Source: a virus
Taxonomy: Duplodnaviria; Heunggongvirae; Uroviricota; Caudoviricetes
DNA: 9,160 nt
Direction: 5' to 3' (one strand)
Virus record (IMG/VR): IMGVR_UViG_2690316278_000005
Within the stretch, counting starts at the first letter, position 1. Each line of letters begins with the position of its first letter. Below the pieces are notes generated by a model. That model saw only the letters and a list, made by a program, of their open reading frames with translations, ran no database searches and was not told where the DNA came from. This document shows, in pieces, positions 1 through 8,451 of the stretch. Made by a program: the position numbers and the translations under genes.

Positions 1-1
1 G

Positions 2-109
2 GCGAATTACCGTCTTATATCACTGGCGCTGACATCTCCGGATGACGGGGGCAGCTGTTATCTCTGGCTCAACCGTGGGCAACCACCCGCAGTTAACCGG
101 CGACGATAA
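2..109 (+). CDS. FII: 3' end of head-tail joining / tail attachment protein (lambda FII-like); 5' end lies outside the window
   Basis: Frame 2 translates to ...SPDDGGSCYLWLNRGQPPAVNRRR then TAA at 107-109, which resembles the lambda FII C-terminus as I remember it. It sits immediately upstream of Z, as in lambda. Confidence 0.7.
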   Translation, partial: ANYRLISLALTSPDDGGSCYLWLNRGQPPAVNRRR

Positions 110-123
110 ACGCAGGGTGAATT

Positions 124-699
124 ATGGCGATAAAAGGGCTTGATCAGGCGATTGACAATCTGAACCGGGTTCGTAAAAACGCCATTCCGGCTGCTTCTGC
201 AATGACCATTAACCGCGTGGCCACAACGGCGATTAATCAGTCTTCGTCACAGGTTGCCCGGGAAACCAGGGTGAGACGGAAACTGGTAAAGGAACGGTCC
301 AGACTGAAACGGGCGACGGTCAGAAATCCGAATGCCAGAATTATCGTTAACCGCGGTGATCTCCCTGTGATTAAGCTGGGGATCAGAATGCTGGGGCGTC
401 GTCCGAACAGCATACTCAAAGCCGGTCAGCATCGTTATCAGCGGGCATTTATCCAGCGATTAAATAATGGGCGCTGGCATGTTATGCAACGTCTTCCCCA
501 GGCCAGATATGAGGAGGGCAATGACGACAAGGGAAGGAAAAAGCGTAATCGCCTTCCCATTCAGGTGGTGAAAATCCCGATGGCGGCCCCACTGAAACAG
601 GCATTTGATGAGAATGTTGACCGTATCCGGCGTGAACGCCTGCCTAAAGAACTGGCATACGCGCTGAAACAACAACTGAGGATTGCGATAAAACGATGA
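124..699 (+). CDS. Z: Minor tail protein Z (tail completion)
   Basis: 191-aa ORF, MAIKGLDQAIDNLNRV...RIAIKR, closely similar to lambda gpZ from memory. SD-like AGGGTGA lies 5-6 nt upstream of the ATG. The stop overlaps the U start in an ATGA at 696-699 (translational coupling). Confidence 0.9.
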   Translation: MAIKGLDQAIDNLNRVRKNAIPAASAMTINRVATTAINQSSSQVARETRVRRKLVKERSRLKRATVRNPNARIIVNRGDLPVIKLGIRMLGRRPNSILKAGQHRYQRAFIQRLNNGRWHVMQRLPQARYEEGNDDKGRKKRNRLPIQVVKIPMAAPLKQAFDENVDRIRRERLPKELAYALKQQLRIAIKR

Positions 700-1091
700 A
701 ACACACTGACATTCGTGCCGCAGTGCTGGATGCACTCAAGCAGCATGAACACGGGGCGACGCTGTTTGATGGTCGCCCCGTTGTTTTTGACGAAGAGGAT
801 TTTCCTGCGATCGCGGTTTATCTGACGGATGCAGAGTATACCGGTGAAGAGCTGGATGCAGATACCTGGCGGGCCACACTGCATATTGAGGTGTTTTTAC
901 CGGCACAGGTACCTGATTCGGAGCTCGATCAGTGGATGGAAAGCCGGATTTATCCGGCGATGACTGCGATCCCTGCACTGGCAGGACTGATTACCACGAT
1001 GGTTACGCAGGGCTATGAGTATCGTCGTGATGACGATATGGCGTTATGGAGCTCTGCGGATCTGACTTATTCCATTACATACGAGATGTGA
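696..1091 (+). CDS. U: Tail terminator protein U
   Basis: 131-aa [31 protein letters not shown]...[10 protein letters not shown], near-identical in length and sequence to lambda gpU (131 aa). ATGA overlap with Z. Confidence 0.92.
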   Translation: MKHTDIRAAVLDALKQHEHGATLFDGRPVVFDEEDFPAIAVYLTDAEYTGEELDADTWRATLHIEVFLPAQVPDSELDQWMESRIYPAMTAIPALAGLITTMVTQGYEYRRDDDMALWSSADLTYSITYEM

Positions 1092-1098
1092 GGACGAT

Positions 1099-1902
1099 AT
1101 GGCAACACCAAATCCCCTGGAGCCGGTAAAAGGTGCCGGTACCACTCTGTGGGTTTACAACGGCAAGGCTGATGCTTATGCAAACCCGTTGTCAGACGAT
1201 GACTGGCNNNNNNNNNNNNNNNNNNNNNNNNNNNNNNNNGACTGGCTAAGGTGAAGGATCTGACGCCGGGCGAGATGACGGCTGAATCCTATGATGATAA
1301 CTACCTGGATGATGAAGACGCGGACTGGAGCGCGACCGGGCAGGGGCAGAAATCTGCAGGTGATANNNNNNNNNNNNNNNNNNNNNNNNNNNNNNNNNNN
1401 NNNNNNNNNNNNNNNNNNNNNNNNNNNNNNNNNNNNNNNNNNNNNNNNNNNNNNNNNNNNNNNNNNNNNNNNNNNNNNNNCTATAAAATCCGTTTTCCGA
1501 ATGGCACGGTGGATGTGTTTCGTGGCTGGGTCAGCAGTATCGGTAAGGCCGTGACGGCGAAAGAAGTGATCACCCGCACGGNNNNNNNNNNNNNNNNNNN
1601 NNNNNNNNNNNNNNNNNNNNNNNNNNNNNNNNNNNNNNNNNNNNNNNNNNNNNNNNNNNNNNNNNNNNNNNNNNNNNNNNNNNNNNNNNNNNNNNNNNNN
1701 NNNNNNNNNNNNNNNNNNNNNNNNNNNNNNNNNNNNNNNNNNNNNNNNNNNNNNNNNNNNNNNNNNNNNNNNNNNNNNNNNNNNNNNNNNNNNNNNNNNN
1801 NNNNNNNNNNNNNNNNNNNNNNNNNNNNNNNNNNNNNNNNNNNNNNNNNNNNNNNNNNNNNNNNNNNNNNNNNNNNNNNNNNNNNNNNNNNNNNNNNNNN
1901 NN
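1099..1902 (+). CDS. V: Major tail tube protein V; 3' end is masked and the end coordinate is estimated
   Basis: ATG at 1099 with GAGGA SD upstream. N-terminus [36 protein letters not shown] matches lambda gpV, and the unmasked islands [41 protein letters not shown] (1242-1364) and [33 protein letters not shown] (1482-1581) also match. The frame before and after the 32-nt N run 1208-1239 differs (frame 1 then frame 3). End extrapolated from the lambda gpV length of 246 aa. Confidence 0.65.
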
Positions 1903-2019
1903 NNNNNNNNNNNNNNNNNNNNNNNNNNNNNNNNNNNNNNNNNNNNNNNNNNNNNNNNNNNNNNNNNNNNNNNNNNNNNNNNNNNNNNNNNNNNNNNNNN
2001 NNNNNNNNNNNNNNNNNNN

Positions 2020-2535
2020 NNNNNNNNNNNNNNNNNNNNNNNNNNNNNNNNNNNNNNNNNNNNNNNNNNNNNNNNNNNNNNNNCGCTGCAGCGTATCAAG
2101 CATCTTGCCCTCCTGAAACGGCGTGCAGAACAGGCAGAATCCAGCGGCAACCTGCAGGTAAGCGTGGAAGATCTCGTCAGAACCGGCGCGTTTCTGGTGG
2201 CGATGTCCCTGTGGCATAACCATCCACAGAAAACGCAGTCACCGTCAATGAATGAGGCCGTGATGAAGATAGAGCAGGAAGTGCTCACCNNNNNNNNNNN
2301 NNNNNNNNNNNNNNNNNNNNNNNNNNNNNNNNNNNNNNNNNNNNNNNNNNNNNNNNNNNNNNNNNNNNNNNNNNNNNGGCCTGCCGATGCCATTGCCCGG
2401 GCGGAAGACGTGGTGTTGTGCCTGTCCGGGATGATCGAAGCTGTTCGTCCGGATACTGATATTACTGAAGTGGCGAAAAATAACACGCTGACTGATGATG
2501 ATTTTTCTGCGGGAAAGTCTTCGACGGCGAGCTGA
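2020..2535 (+). CDS. G: Tail assembly chaperone G; 5' end is masked and the start is estimated
   Basis: Frame 1 reads LQRIKHLALLKRRAEQAESSGNLQVSVEDLVRTGAFLVAMSLWHNHPQKTQSPSMNEAVMKIEQEVLT ... PADAIARAEDVVLCLSGMIEAV ... SAGKSSTAS then TGA at 2533-2535, matching lambda gpG. Start placed about 22 codons upstream of the first visible residue by analogy with lambda. Confidence 0.75.
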   Translation, partial: XXXXXXXXXXXXXXXXXXXXXXLQRIKHLALLKRRAEQAESSGNLQVSVEDLVRTGAFLVAMSLWHNHPQKTQSPSMNEAVMKIEQEVLTXXXXXXXXXXXXXXXXXXXXXXXXXXXXXXPADAIARAEDVVLCLSGMIEAVRPDTDITEVAKNNTLTDDDFSAGKSSTAS

Positions 2536-2975
2536 ACTTTGCCCTCAGACTGGCGCGTGAGATGGGGAGACCCGACTGGCGCGCCATGCTTGCCGGGATG
2601 ACATCCACCGAATATGCCGACTGGCGCCGTTTTTACCGCACGCATTATTTTCAGGATACCCAGCTGGATATGCATTTTTCCGGGCTGACGTACGCTGTAC
2701 TCAGCCTGTTTTTTTGCGATCCGGATATGCATCCCTCTGATTTCAGTCTGCTTGTCCCCCGGCATGAGGAAGAGCAGGTGGAGAGGCCGGATGAGGACAA
2801 AATGCTGATGCAGAAAGCGGCAGGACTTGCCGGAGGCGTCCGGTTCGGTGGGGACGGAGGGCGCGATATTTTATCGTCTGCGGATGTGGCGGATGTCATG
2901 GTGGATGATGCCGCATTAATGATGGCTTCAGCGGGGATTCCGGGAGGTGTGAGATATGTCCCAGCCGGTTGGTGA
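2020..2975 (+). CDS. T: G-T tail assembly chaperone fusion made by programmed -1 ribosomal frameshift at 2511-2517; T-specific part is 2517-2975
   Basis: Slippery heptamer G_GGA_AAG lies at 2511-2517 in the G frame. The -1 frame continues VFDGELNFALRLAREMGRPDWRAMLAGMTSTEYADWRRFYRTHYFQD...GGVRYVPAGW then TGA at 2973-2975, matching the lambda gpT portion of gpGT. Confidence 0.75.
2511..2517 (+). other. Programmed -1 frameshift slippery heptamer GGGAAAG (G to G-T)
   Basis: Exact G GGA AAG in the G zero frame, 19 nt before the G stop. The -1 frame downstream is open and T-homologous. Confidence 0.8.
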
Positions 2976-5587
2976 TCTTGTTATTGACCTGAGTCTGGAT
3001 GCTGTNNNNNNNNNNNNNNNNNNNNNNNNNNNNNNNNNNNNNNNNNNNNNNNNNNNNNNNNNNNNNNNNNNNNNNNNNNNNNNNNNNNNNNNNNNNNNNN
3101 NNNNNNNNNNNNNNNNNNNNNNNNNNNNNNNNNNNNNNNNNNNNNNNNNNNNNNNNNNNNNNNNNNNNNNNNNNNNNNNNNNNNNNNNNNNNNNNNNNNN
3201 NNNNNNNNNNNNNNNNNNNNNNNNNNNNNNNNNNNNNNNNNNNNNNNNNNNNNNNNNNNNNNNNNNNNNNNNNNNNNNNNNNNNNNNNNNNNNNNNNNNN
3301 NNNNNNNNNNNNNNNNNNNNNNNNNNNNNNNNNNNNNNNCATGTTCAGGGGGCTTGCCGATGCGATCACCCTGCCGATGGTCGGGGTCACCTCGCTGGCG
3401 GTGGCGACAGGTGCACTGGTGTACGCCTGGTACCAGGGAGATTCCACGCTTTCAGCGTTTAATAAAACCCTGGTTCTTTCCGGTAATCAGTCCGGACTGA
3501 CTGCCGATCGTATGCTGACTCTCTCAAGAGCCGGGCAGGCAGCAGGGCTGACGTTTAACCAGGCGAGAGAGTCACTGGCAGCCCTGGTGAATGCCGGTGT
3601 GCGTGGTGGTGAACAGTTTGATGCCATCAACCAGAGTGTCGCGCGTTTTGCGTCTGCATCCGGTGTGGAGGTGGATAAAGTCGCTGAAGCCTTCGGGAAG
3701 CTGACCACTGACCCGACGTCGGGACTGATGGCGATGGCGCGCCAGTTCCGTAACGTGACGGCAGAGCAGATTGCGTATGTTGCACAGCTGCAGCGTTCCG
3801 GAGACGAGGCCGGGGCATTGCAGGCGGCGAACGATATCGCCACGAAAGGCTTTGATGAGCAGACCCGTCGCCTGAAAGAAAACATGGGAACACTGGAGAC
3901 CTGGGCGGATAAAACAGGGAAGGCATTCAAATCGATGTGGGATGCCATTCTGGATATCGGTCGTCCGGAATCCTCAGCGGATATGCTCGCCAGTGCGCAG
4001 AAGGCATTTGATGAGGCGGATAAAAAATGGCAGTGGTACCAGAGTCGGAGCCAGCGCCGCGGTAAAACCTCCTCTTTCCGGGCCAACCTTCAGGGCGCAT
4101 GGGATGACCGGGAAAATGCCCGTCTGGGTCTGGCAGCGGCAACGCTGCAGTCGGATATGGAAAAAGCCGGTGAACTGGCGGCAAGGGACAGGGCTGAGCG
4201 TGAGTCGTCACAGCTGAAGTATACCGGAGAGGCGCAGAAGGCGTATGAGCGCCTGCTGACGCCACTGGAGAAATATACCGCCCGGCAGGAAGAGCTGAAT
4301 AAGGCCCTGAAAGACGGGAAAATCCTGCAGGCGGATTACAACACGCTGATGGCGTCGGCAAAAAAGGATTATGAGTCGACGCAGAAAAAGCCGTCCGGTG
4401 TGAAGGTGTCTGCCGGTGAGCGCCAGGAAGACCAGGCGCATGCAGCCCTGCTGGCGCTTGAAACTGAGCTCAGGACGCTGGAGAAGCACAGCGGTGCGAA
4501 TGAAAAAATCAGCCAGCAGCGCCGTGATTTATGGAAAGCGGAAAATCAGTATGTGGTCCTGAAAGAGGCCGCCACGAAACGGCAGTTATCTGAGCAGGAA
4601 AAATCCCTGCTGGCCCATGAGAAAGAAACGCTGGAGTACAAACGCCAGCTGGCTGAGCTGGGCGACAAGATTGAACACCAGAAACGGCTGAATGAGCTGG
4701 CACAGCAGGCGGCGCGGTTTGAACAGCAGCAGAGCGCGAAGCAGGCGGCAATCAGCGCAAAAGCCCGCGGACTCACCGACCGTCAGGCGCAGCGGGAGTC
4801 GGAAGAGCAGCGCCTTCGTGAGGTGTACGGTGATAATCCGGCTGCGCTGGCGAAGGCCACATCTGCACTGAAGAACACCTGGTCTGCGGAGGAGCAGCTT
4901 CGTGGAAGCTGGATGGCCGGGATGAAGTCCGGCTGGGGCGAGTGGGCGGAAAGTGCGACGGACAGTTTTTCGCAGGTTAAAAACGCGGCCACGCAGACCT
5001 TTGACGGTATTGCACAGAATATGGCAGCGATGCTGATCGGCAGCGAACAGAACTGGCGTGGTTTCACCCGTTCTGTGCTGTCCATGCTGACAGAGATTTT
5101 TCTGAAGCAGGCGATGGTGGGGATAGTCGGGAGTATCGGCAGCGCCATTGGCGGTGCTTTCGGTGGTGGTGCGTCTGCCTCCACGGGGACGGCCATTCAG
5201 GCTGCGGCGGCGAACTTCCATTTCGCGACCGGGGGATTTACGGGGACGGGGGGTAAATATGAACCTGCGGGGATTGTTCATCGCGGGGAGTTTGTCTTCA
5301 CGAAGGAGGCGACCAGCCGGATTGGTGTCGGCAATCTGTACCGCCTGATGCGGGGCTATGCGGAAGGTGGTTATGTCGGCGGTGCCGGAAGTCCGGCGCA
5401 GATGCGGCGGGCTGAAGGCATTAATTTTAATCAGAACAATCACGTGGTGATTCAGAACGACGGCCCCAACGGGCGGGCAGGGCCGCAGCTGATGAAAGCG
5501 GTGTATGAGATGGCCCGCAAGGGGGCACAGGATGAACTCCGGCTGCAGTTGCGTGATGGCGGTATGTTATCAGGGAGCGGTGGATGA
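2956..5587 (+). CDS. H: Tail tape measure protein H
   Basis: ATG at 2956 with strong SD GGGAGGTG upstream. N-terminus MSQPVGDLVIDLSLDA matches lambda gpH (MAEPVGDLVVDLSLDA). From 3341 a long ORF (MFRGLADAITLPMVGVTSLAVATGALVYAWYQ ... NQNNHVVIQNDG ... RDGGMLSGSGG then TGA at 5585-5587) is collinear with lambda gpH. The N-terminus (frame 1) and body (frame 2) are out of frame across the masked run 3006-3339. Overlaps the T end by 20 nt and the M start in an ATGA. Confidence 0.85.
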
Positions 5588-5913
5588 AAACCTTTCGCTG
5601 GAAAGTGAAGCCGGATATGGAGGTGAACTCGCAGCCATCGGTGCGTGAAGTGCGTTTTGGTGACGGGTACTCACAGCGTATGGCGGCAGGGCTGAATGCT
5701 GACCTGAAAACATACAGGGTGACGCTTTCCGTGACCCGGGAGGAGGCCCGGCATCTGGAAGCGTTCCTGGCAGAGCACGGTGGCTGGAAGGCATTTTTGT
5801 GGAAGCCACCCTATGCATACCGGCNNNNNNNNNNNNNNNNNNNNNNNNNNNNNNNNNNNNNNNNNNNNNNNNNNNNNNNNNNNNNNNNNNNNNNNNNNNN
5901 NNNNNNNNNNNNN
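5584..5913 (+). CDS. M: Minor tail protein M; 3' end is masked and the end is estimated
   Basis: MKTFRWKVKPDMEVNSQPSVREVRFGDGYSQRMAAGLNADLKTYRVTLSVTREEARHLEAFLAEHGGWKAFLWKPPYAYR matches the lambda gpM N-terminus. ATGA overlap with the H stop. End extrapolated from lambda gpM (109 aa). Confidence 0.8.
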
Positions 5914-6611
5914 NNNNNNNNNNNNNNNNNNNNNNNNNNNNNNNNNNNNNNNNNNNNNNNNNNNNNNNNNNNNNNNNNNNNNNNNNNNNNNNNNNNNNNN
6001 NNNNNNNNNNNNNNNNNNNNNNNNNNNNNNNNNNNNNNNNNNNNNNNNNNNNNNNNNNNNNNNNNNNNNNNNNNNNNNNNNNNNNNNNNNNNNNNNNNNN
6101 NNNNNNNNNNNNNNNNNNNNNNNNNNNNNNNNNNNNNNNNNNNNNNNNNNNNNNNNNNNNNNNNNNNNNNNNNNNNNNNNNNNNNNNNNNNNNNNNNNNN
6201 NNNNNNNNNNNNNNNNNNNNNNNNNNNNNNNNNNNNNNNNNNNNNNNNNNNNNNNNNNNNNNNNNNNNNNNNNNNNNNNNNNNNNNNNNNNNNNNNNNNN
6301 NNNNNNNNNNNNNNNNNNNNNNNNNNNNNNNNNNNNNNNNNNNNNNNNNNNNNNNNNNNNNNNNNNNNNNNNNNNNNNNNNNNNNNNNNNNNNNNNNNNN
6401 NNNNNNNNNNNNNNNNNNNNNNNNNNNNNNNNNNNNNNNNNNNNNNNNNNNNNNNNNNNNNNNNNNNNNNNNNNNNNNNNNNNNNNNNNNNNNNNNNNNN
6501 NNNNNNNNNNNNNNNNNNNNNNNNNNNNNNNNNNNNNNNNNNNNNNNNNNNNNNNNNNNNNNNNNNNNNNNNNNNNNNNNNNNNNNNNNNNNNNNNNNNN
6601 NNNNNNNNNNN
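5913..6611 (+). CDS. L: Minor tail protein L, inferred from synteny only; lies entirely inside the masked run
   Basis: No readable sequence. In lambda, L (232 aa) follows M and precedes K, and the masked run 5825-7273 is long enough to hold it. Coordinates are a guess. Confidence 0.25.
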
Positions 6612-7069
6612 NNNNNNNNNNNNNNNNNNNNNNNNNNNNNNNNNNNNNNNNNNNNNNNNNNNNNNNNNNNNNNNNNNNNNNNNNNNNNNNNNNNNNNNNN
6701 NNNNNNNNNNNNNNNNNNNNNNNNNNNNNNNNNNNNNNNNNNNNNNNNNNNNNNNNNNNNNNNNNNNNNNNNNNNNNNNNNNNNNNNNNNNNNNNNNNNN
6801 NNNNNNNNNNNNNNNNNNNNNNNNNNNNNNNNNNNNNNNNNNNNNNNNNNNNNNNNNNNNNNNNNNNNNNNNNNNNNNNNNNNNNNNNNNNNNNNNNNNN
6901 NNNNNNNNNNNNNNNNNNNNNNNNNNNNNNNNNNNNNNNNNNNNNNNNNNNNNNNNNNNNNNNNNNNNNNNNNNNNNNNNNNNNNNNNNNNNNNNNNNNN
7001 NNNNNNNNNNNNNNNNNNNNNNNNNNNNNNNNNNNNNNNNNNNNNNNNNNNNNNNNNNNNNNNNNNNNN

Positions 7070-7669
7070 NNNNNNNNNNNNNNNNNNNNNNNNNNNNNNN
7101 NNNNNNNNNNNNNNNNNNNNNNNNNNNNNNNNNNNNNNNNNNNNNNNNNNNNNNNNNNNNNNNNNNNNNNNNNNNNNNNNNNNNNNNNNNNNNNNNNNNN
7201 NNNNNNNNNNNNNNNNNNNNNNNNNNNNNNNNNNNNNNNNNNNNNNNNNNNNNNNNNNNNNNNNNNNNNNNNNGGGGTGACGGACTGTTACACGCTGTTC
7301 CGGGATGCTTATCATCTGGCGGGGACTGAAATGCCGGATTTTCATCGCGAGGATGACTGGTGGCGCAACGGTCAGAACCTTTACCTGGACAATATGGCGG
7401 TCACCGGCTTTTACCGGGTGCCCCTGTCCTCTGCACAGGCGGGCGATATTCTGCTGTGCTGCTTTGGTGCTTCGGTACCGAACCATGCCGCCATTTACTG
7501 CGGCAACGGTGAGCTGCTTCACCATCTGCCTGAACAACTGAGTAAACGGGAGAGGTATTCCGAAAAATGGCAACGACGAACGCATTCAGTCTGGCGTCAC
7601 CGCCACTGGCACGCATCTGCCTTCACGGGGATTTACAACGATTTGGCCGCCGCCTCAGCCTGTATGTGA
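7070..7669 (+). CDS. K: Tail tip assembly protein K (NlpC/P60-type C-terminal domain); 5' end is masked and the start is estimated
   Basis: Readable from 7274: GVTDCYTLFRDAYHLAGTEMPDFHRE...GDILLCCFGASVPNHAAIYCGNGELLHHLPEQLSKRERYSEKWQRRTHSVWRHRHWHASAFTGIYNDLAAASACM then TGA at 7667-7669, matching the lambda gpK C-terminal half including the conserved Cys and His of the NlpC/P60 fold. Start extrapolated from lambda gpK (199 aa). Confidence 0.75.
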   Translation, partial: XXXXXXXXXXXXXXXXXXXXXXXXXXXXXXXXXXXXXXXXXXXXXXXXXXXXXXXXXXXXXXXXXXXXGVTDCYTLFRDAYHLAGTEMPDFHREDDWWRNGQNLYLDNMAVTGFYRVPLSSAQAGDILLCCFGASVPNHAAIYCGNGELLHHLPEQLSKRERYSEKWQRRTHSVWRHRHWHASAFTGIYNDLAAASACM

Positions 7670-8247
7670 ACACGGCAGCGGAAGCCATTCGCGCCCTGTC
7701 GATGCAGATGCCGGGCTTTCGCCGTCAGATGAACGAAGGCTGGTACCAGATACGTATTGCCGGTTATGACACGGCACCGGAGGCGGTGTACGCCCGTCTT
7801 CACGAACAGCTGGGTGAGGGAACGGTCATCCACATTGTGCCGCGACTGGCCGGGGCCGGAAAGGGTGGACTGCAGATTGTGCTGGGGGCGGCAGCCATCG
7901 TGGGCTCTTTCTTCACTGCCGGGGCATCAATGGCGTTATGGGGTTCAGCCCTGGCAGCCGGTGGTTTTTCTGCCACCACGATGCTGTTTTCACTTGGAGC
8001 CAGCATGATTCTGGGCGGTGTGGCCCAGATGCTGGCCCCGAAGGCAAAAACACCGGATTACCGCGCAACGGATAACGGCAGACAGAACACGTACTTTTCC
8101 TCACTGGATAACATGATTGCCCAGGGGAACCCGATGCCGGTGCCTTACGGGGAAATGCTGGTTGGCTCCCGCCGTATATCCCAGGACATCAGCACCCGTG
8201 ATGAAGGCGGGGGCGGAAAGGTCGTGGTTATCGGGCGGCAGGGGTAA
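7567..8247 (+). CDS. I: Tail tip assembly protein I
   Basis: 226-aa ORF, MATTNAFSLASPPLARICLHGDLQRFGRRLSLYVNTAAEAIRAL...GEMLVGSRRISQDISTRDEGGGGKVVVIGRQG then TAA at 8245-8247, matching lambda gpI. SD GAGAGG upstream. Overlaps the K 3' end by 103 nt, as in lambda. Confidence 0.9.
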   Translation: MATTNAFSLASPPLARICLHGDLQRFGRRLSLYVNTAAEAIRALSMQMPGFRRQMNEGWYQIRIAGYDTAPEAVYARLHEQLGEGTVIHIVPRLAGAGKGGLQIVLGAAAIVGSFFTAGASMALWGSALAAGGFSATTMLFSLGASMILGGVAQMLAPKAKTPDYRATDNGRQNTYFSSLDNMIAQGNPMPVPYGEMLVGSRRISQDISTRDEGGGGKVVVIGRQG

Positions 8248-8253
8248 AAAGAA

Positions 8254-8292
8254 TAAAAAAATCCCGCAGTGATCGCGGACAGGAACTGCGGG
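8254..8292 (-). terminator. Rho-independent terminator for a minus-strand transcript
   Basis: Inverted repeat CCCGCAGT (8263-8270) and ACTGCGGG (8285-8292). On the minus strand the stem is followed immediately by AUUUUUUUAUUCUUUUU (plus 8262 down to 8246). There is no T-run after the stem on the plus strand, so it is unidirectional. Confidence 0.6.
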
Positions 8293-8351
8293 AGAGTTAC
8301 GAAGATTAAGTGTAAGGAATTATTCTTATATCACGACAAAAAAATTAACGC
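8254..8351 (-). ncRNA. Candidate small non-coding RNA of about 95-100 nt (unnamed), running from the predicted start site near 8350 to the intrinsic terminator
   Basis: Bounded by the minus-strand promoter at 8358-8385 and the terminator at 8254-8292. Contains no ATG and no plausible ORF (the only start-like codon is GTG-ATA-TAA). AT-rich body with a CU-rich stretch UUCCUUACACUUAAUCUUCG. Prediction from sequence signals only. Confidence 0.4.
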
Positions 8352-8357
8352 AGAGAA

Positions 8358-8385
8358 ATTATACGCGCCACAGTCAGTTTGTGAA
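8358..8385 (-). promoter_or_regulatory. Sigma70-type promoter on the minus strand: -35 TTCACA, 16-bp spacer, -10 TATAAT
   Basis: Minus-strand sequence TTCACA aactgactgtggcgcg TATAAT; 11 of 12 consensus positions with a near-optimal spacer and AT-rich sequence upstream of the -35. Predicted start about 7 nt downstream, near plus coordinate 8350. Confidence 0.45.
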
Positions 8386-8451
8386 AATGTGAAGATATTC
8401 AGAATTTTTATGCCATTACCGGTTTTAACCAACAGGATTATCGGTGGGCAT

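Noticed and set aside
2193-2200. Chi-like octamer TCTGGTGG inside G
   Set aside because: One mismatch from the E. coli Chi sequence GCTGGTGG; no exact Chi site was found by eye on either strand.
2562-2975. Independent 137-aa ORF starting at ATG 2562 as a stand-alone T gene
   Set aside because: The T-homologous frame is open and homologous upstream of this ATG back to the slippery site at 2511-2517, so the product is the G-T frameshift fusion and not an independently initiated protein.
3487-5443. Several long antisense ORFs inside H (for example 285 aa at 4586-5443 minus, 199 aa at 3487-4086 minus, 144 aa at 3927-4361 minus)
   Set aside because: They sit opposite a strongly conserved tape-measure coding frame; the sequence is GC-rich so stop-free antisense frames are expected by chance; translations are low-complexity and Pro/Arg/Ala-rich.
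1176-7669. Very long ORFs in the six-frame track that run through N runs (for example 529 aa at 1176-2765 minus, 671 aa at 5570-7585 minus, 629 aa at 5780-7669 plus)
   Set aside because: Artefacts of translating N as X, since masked bases cannot contain stops. Only the unmasked ends were used, and only where they match tail proteins.
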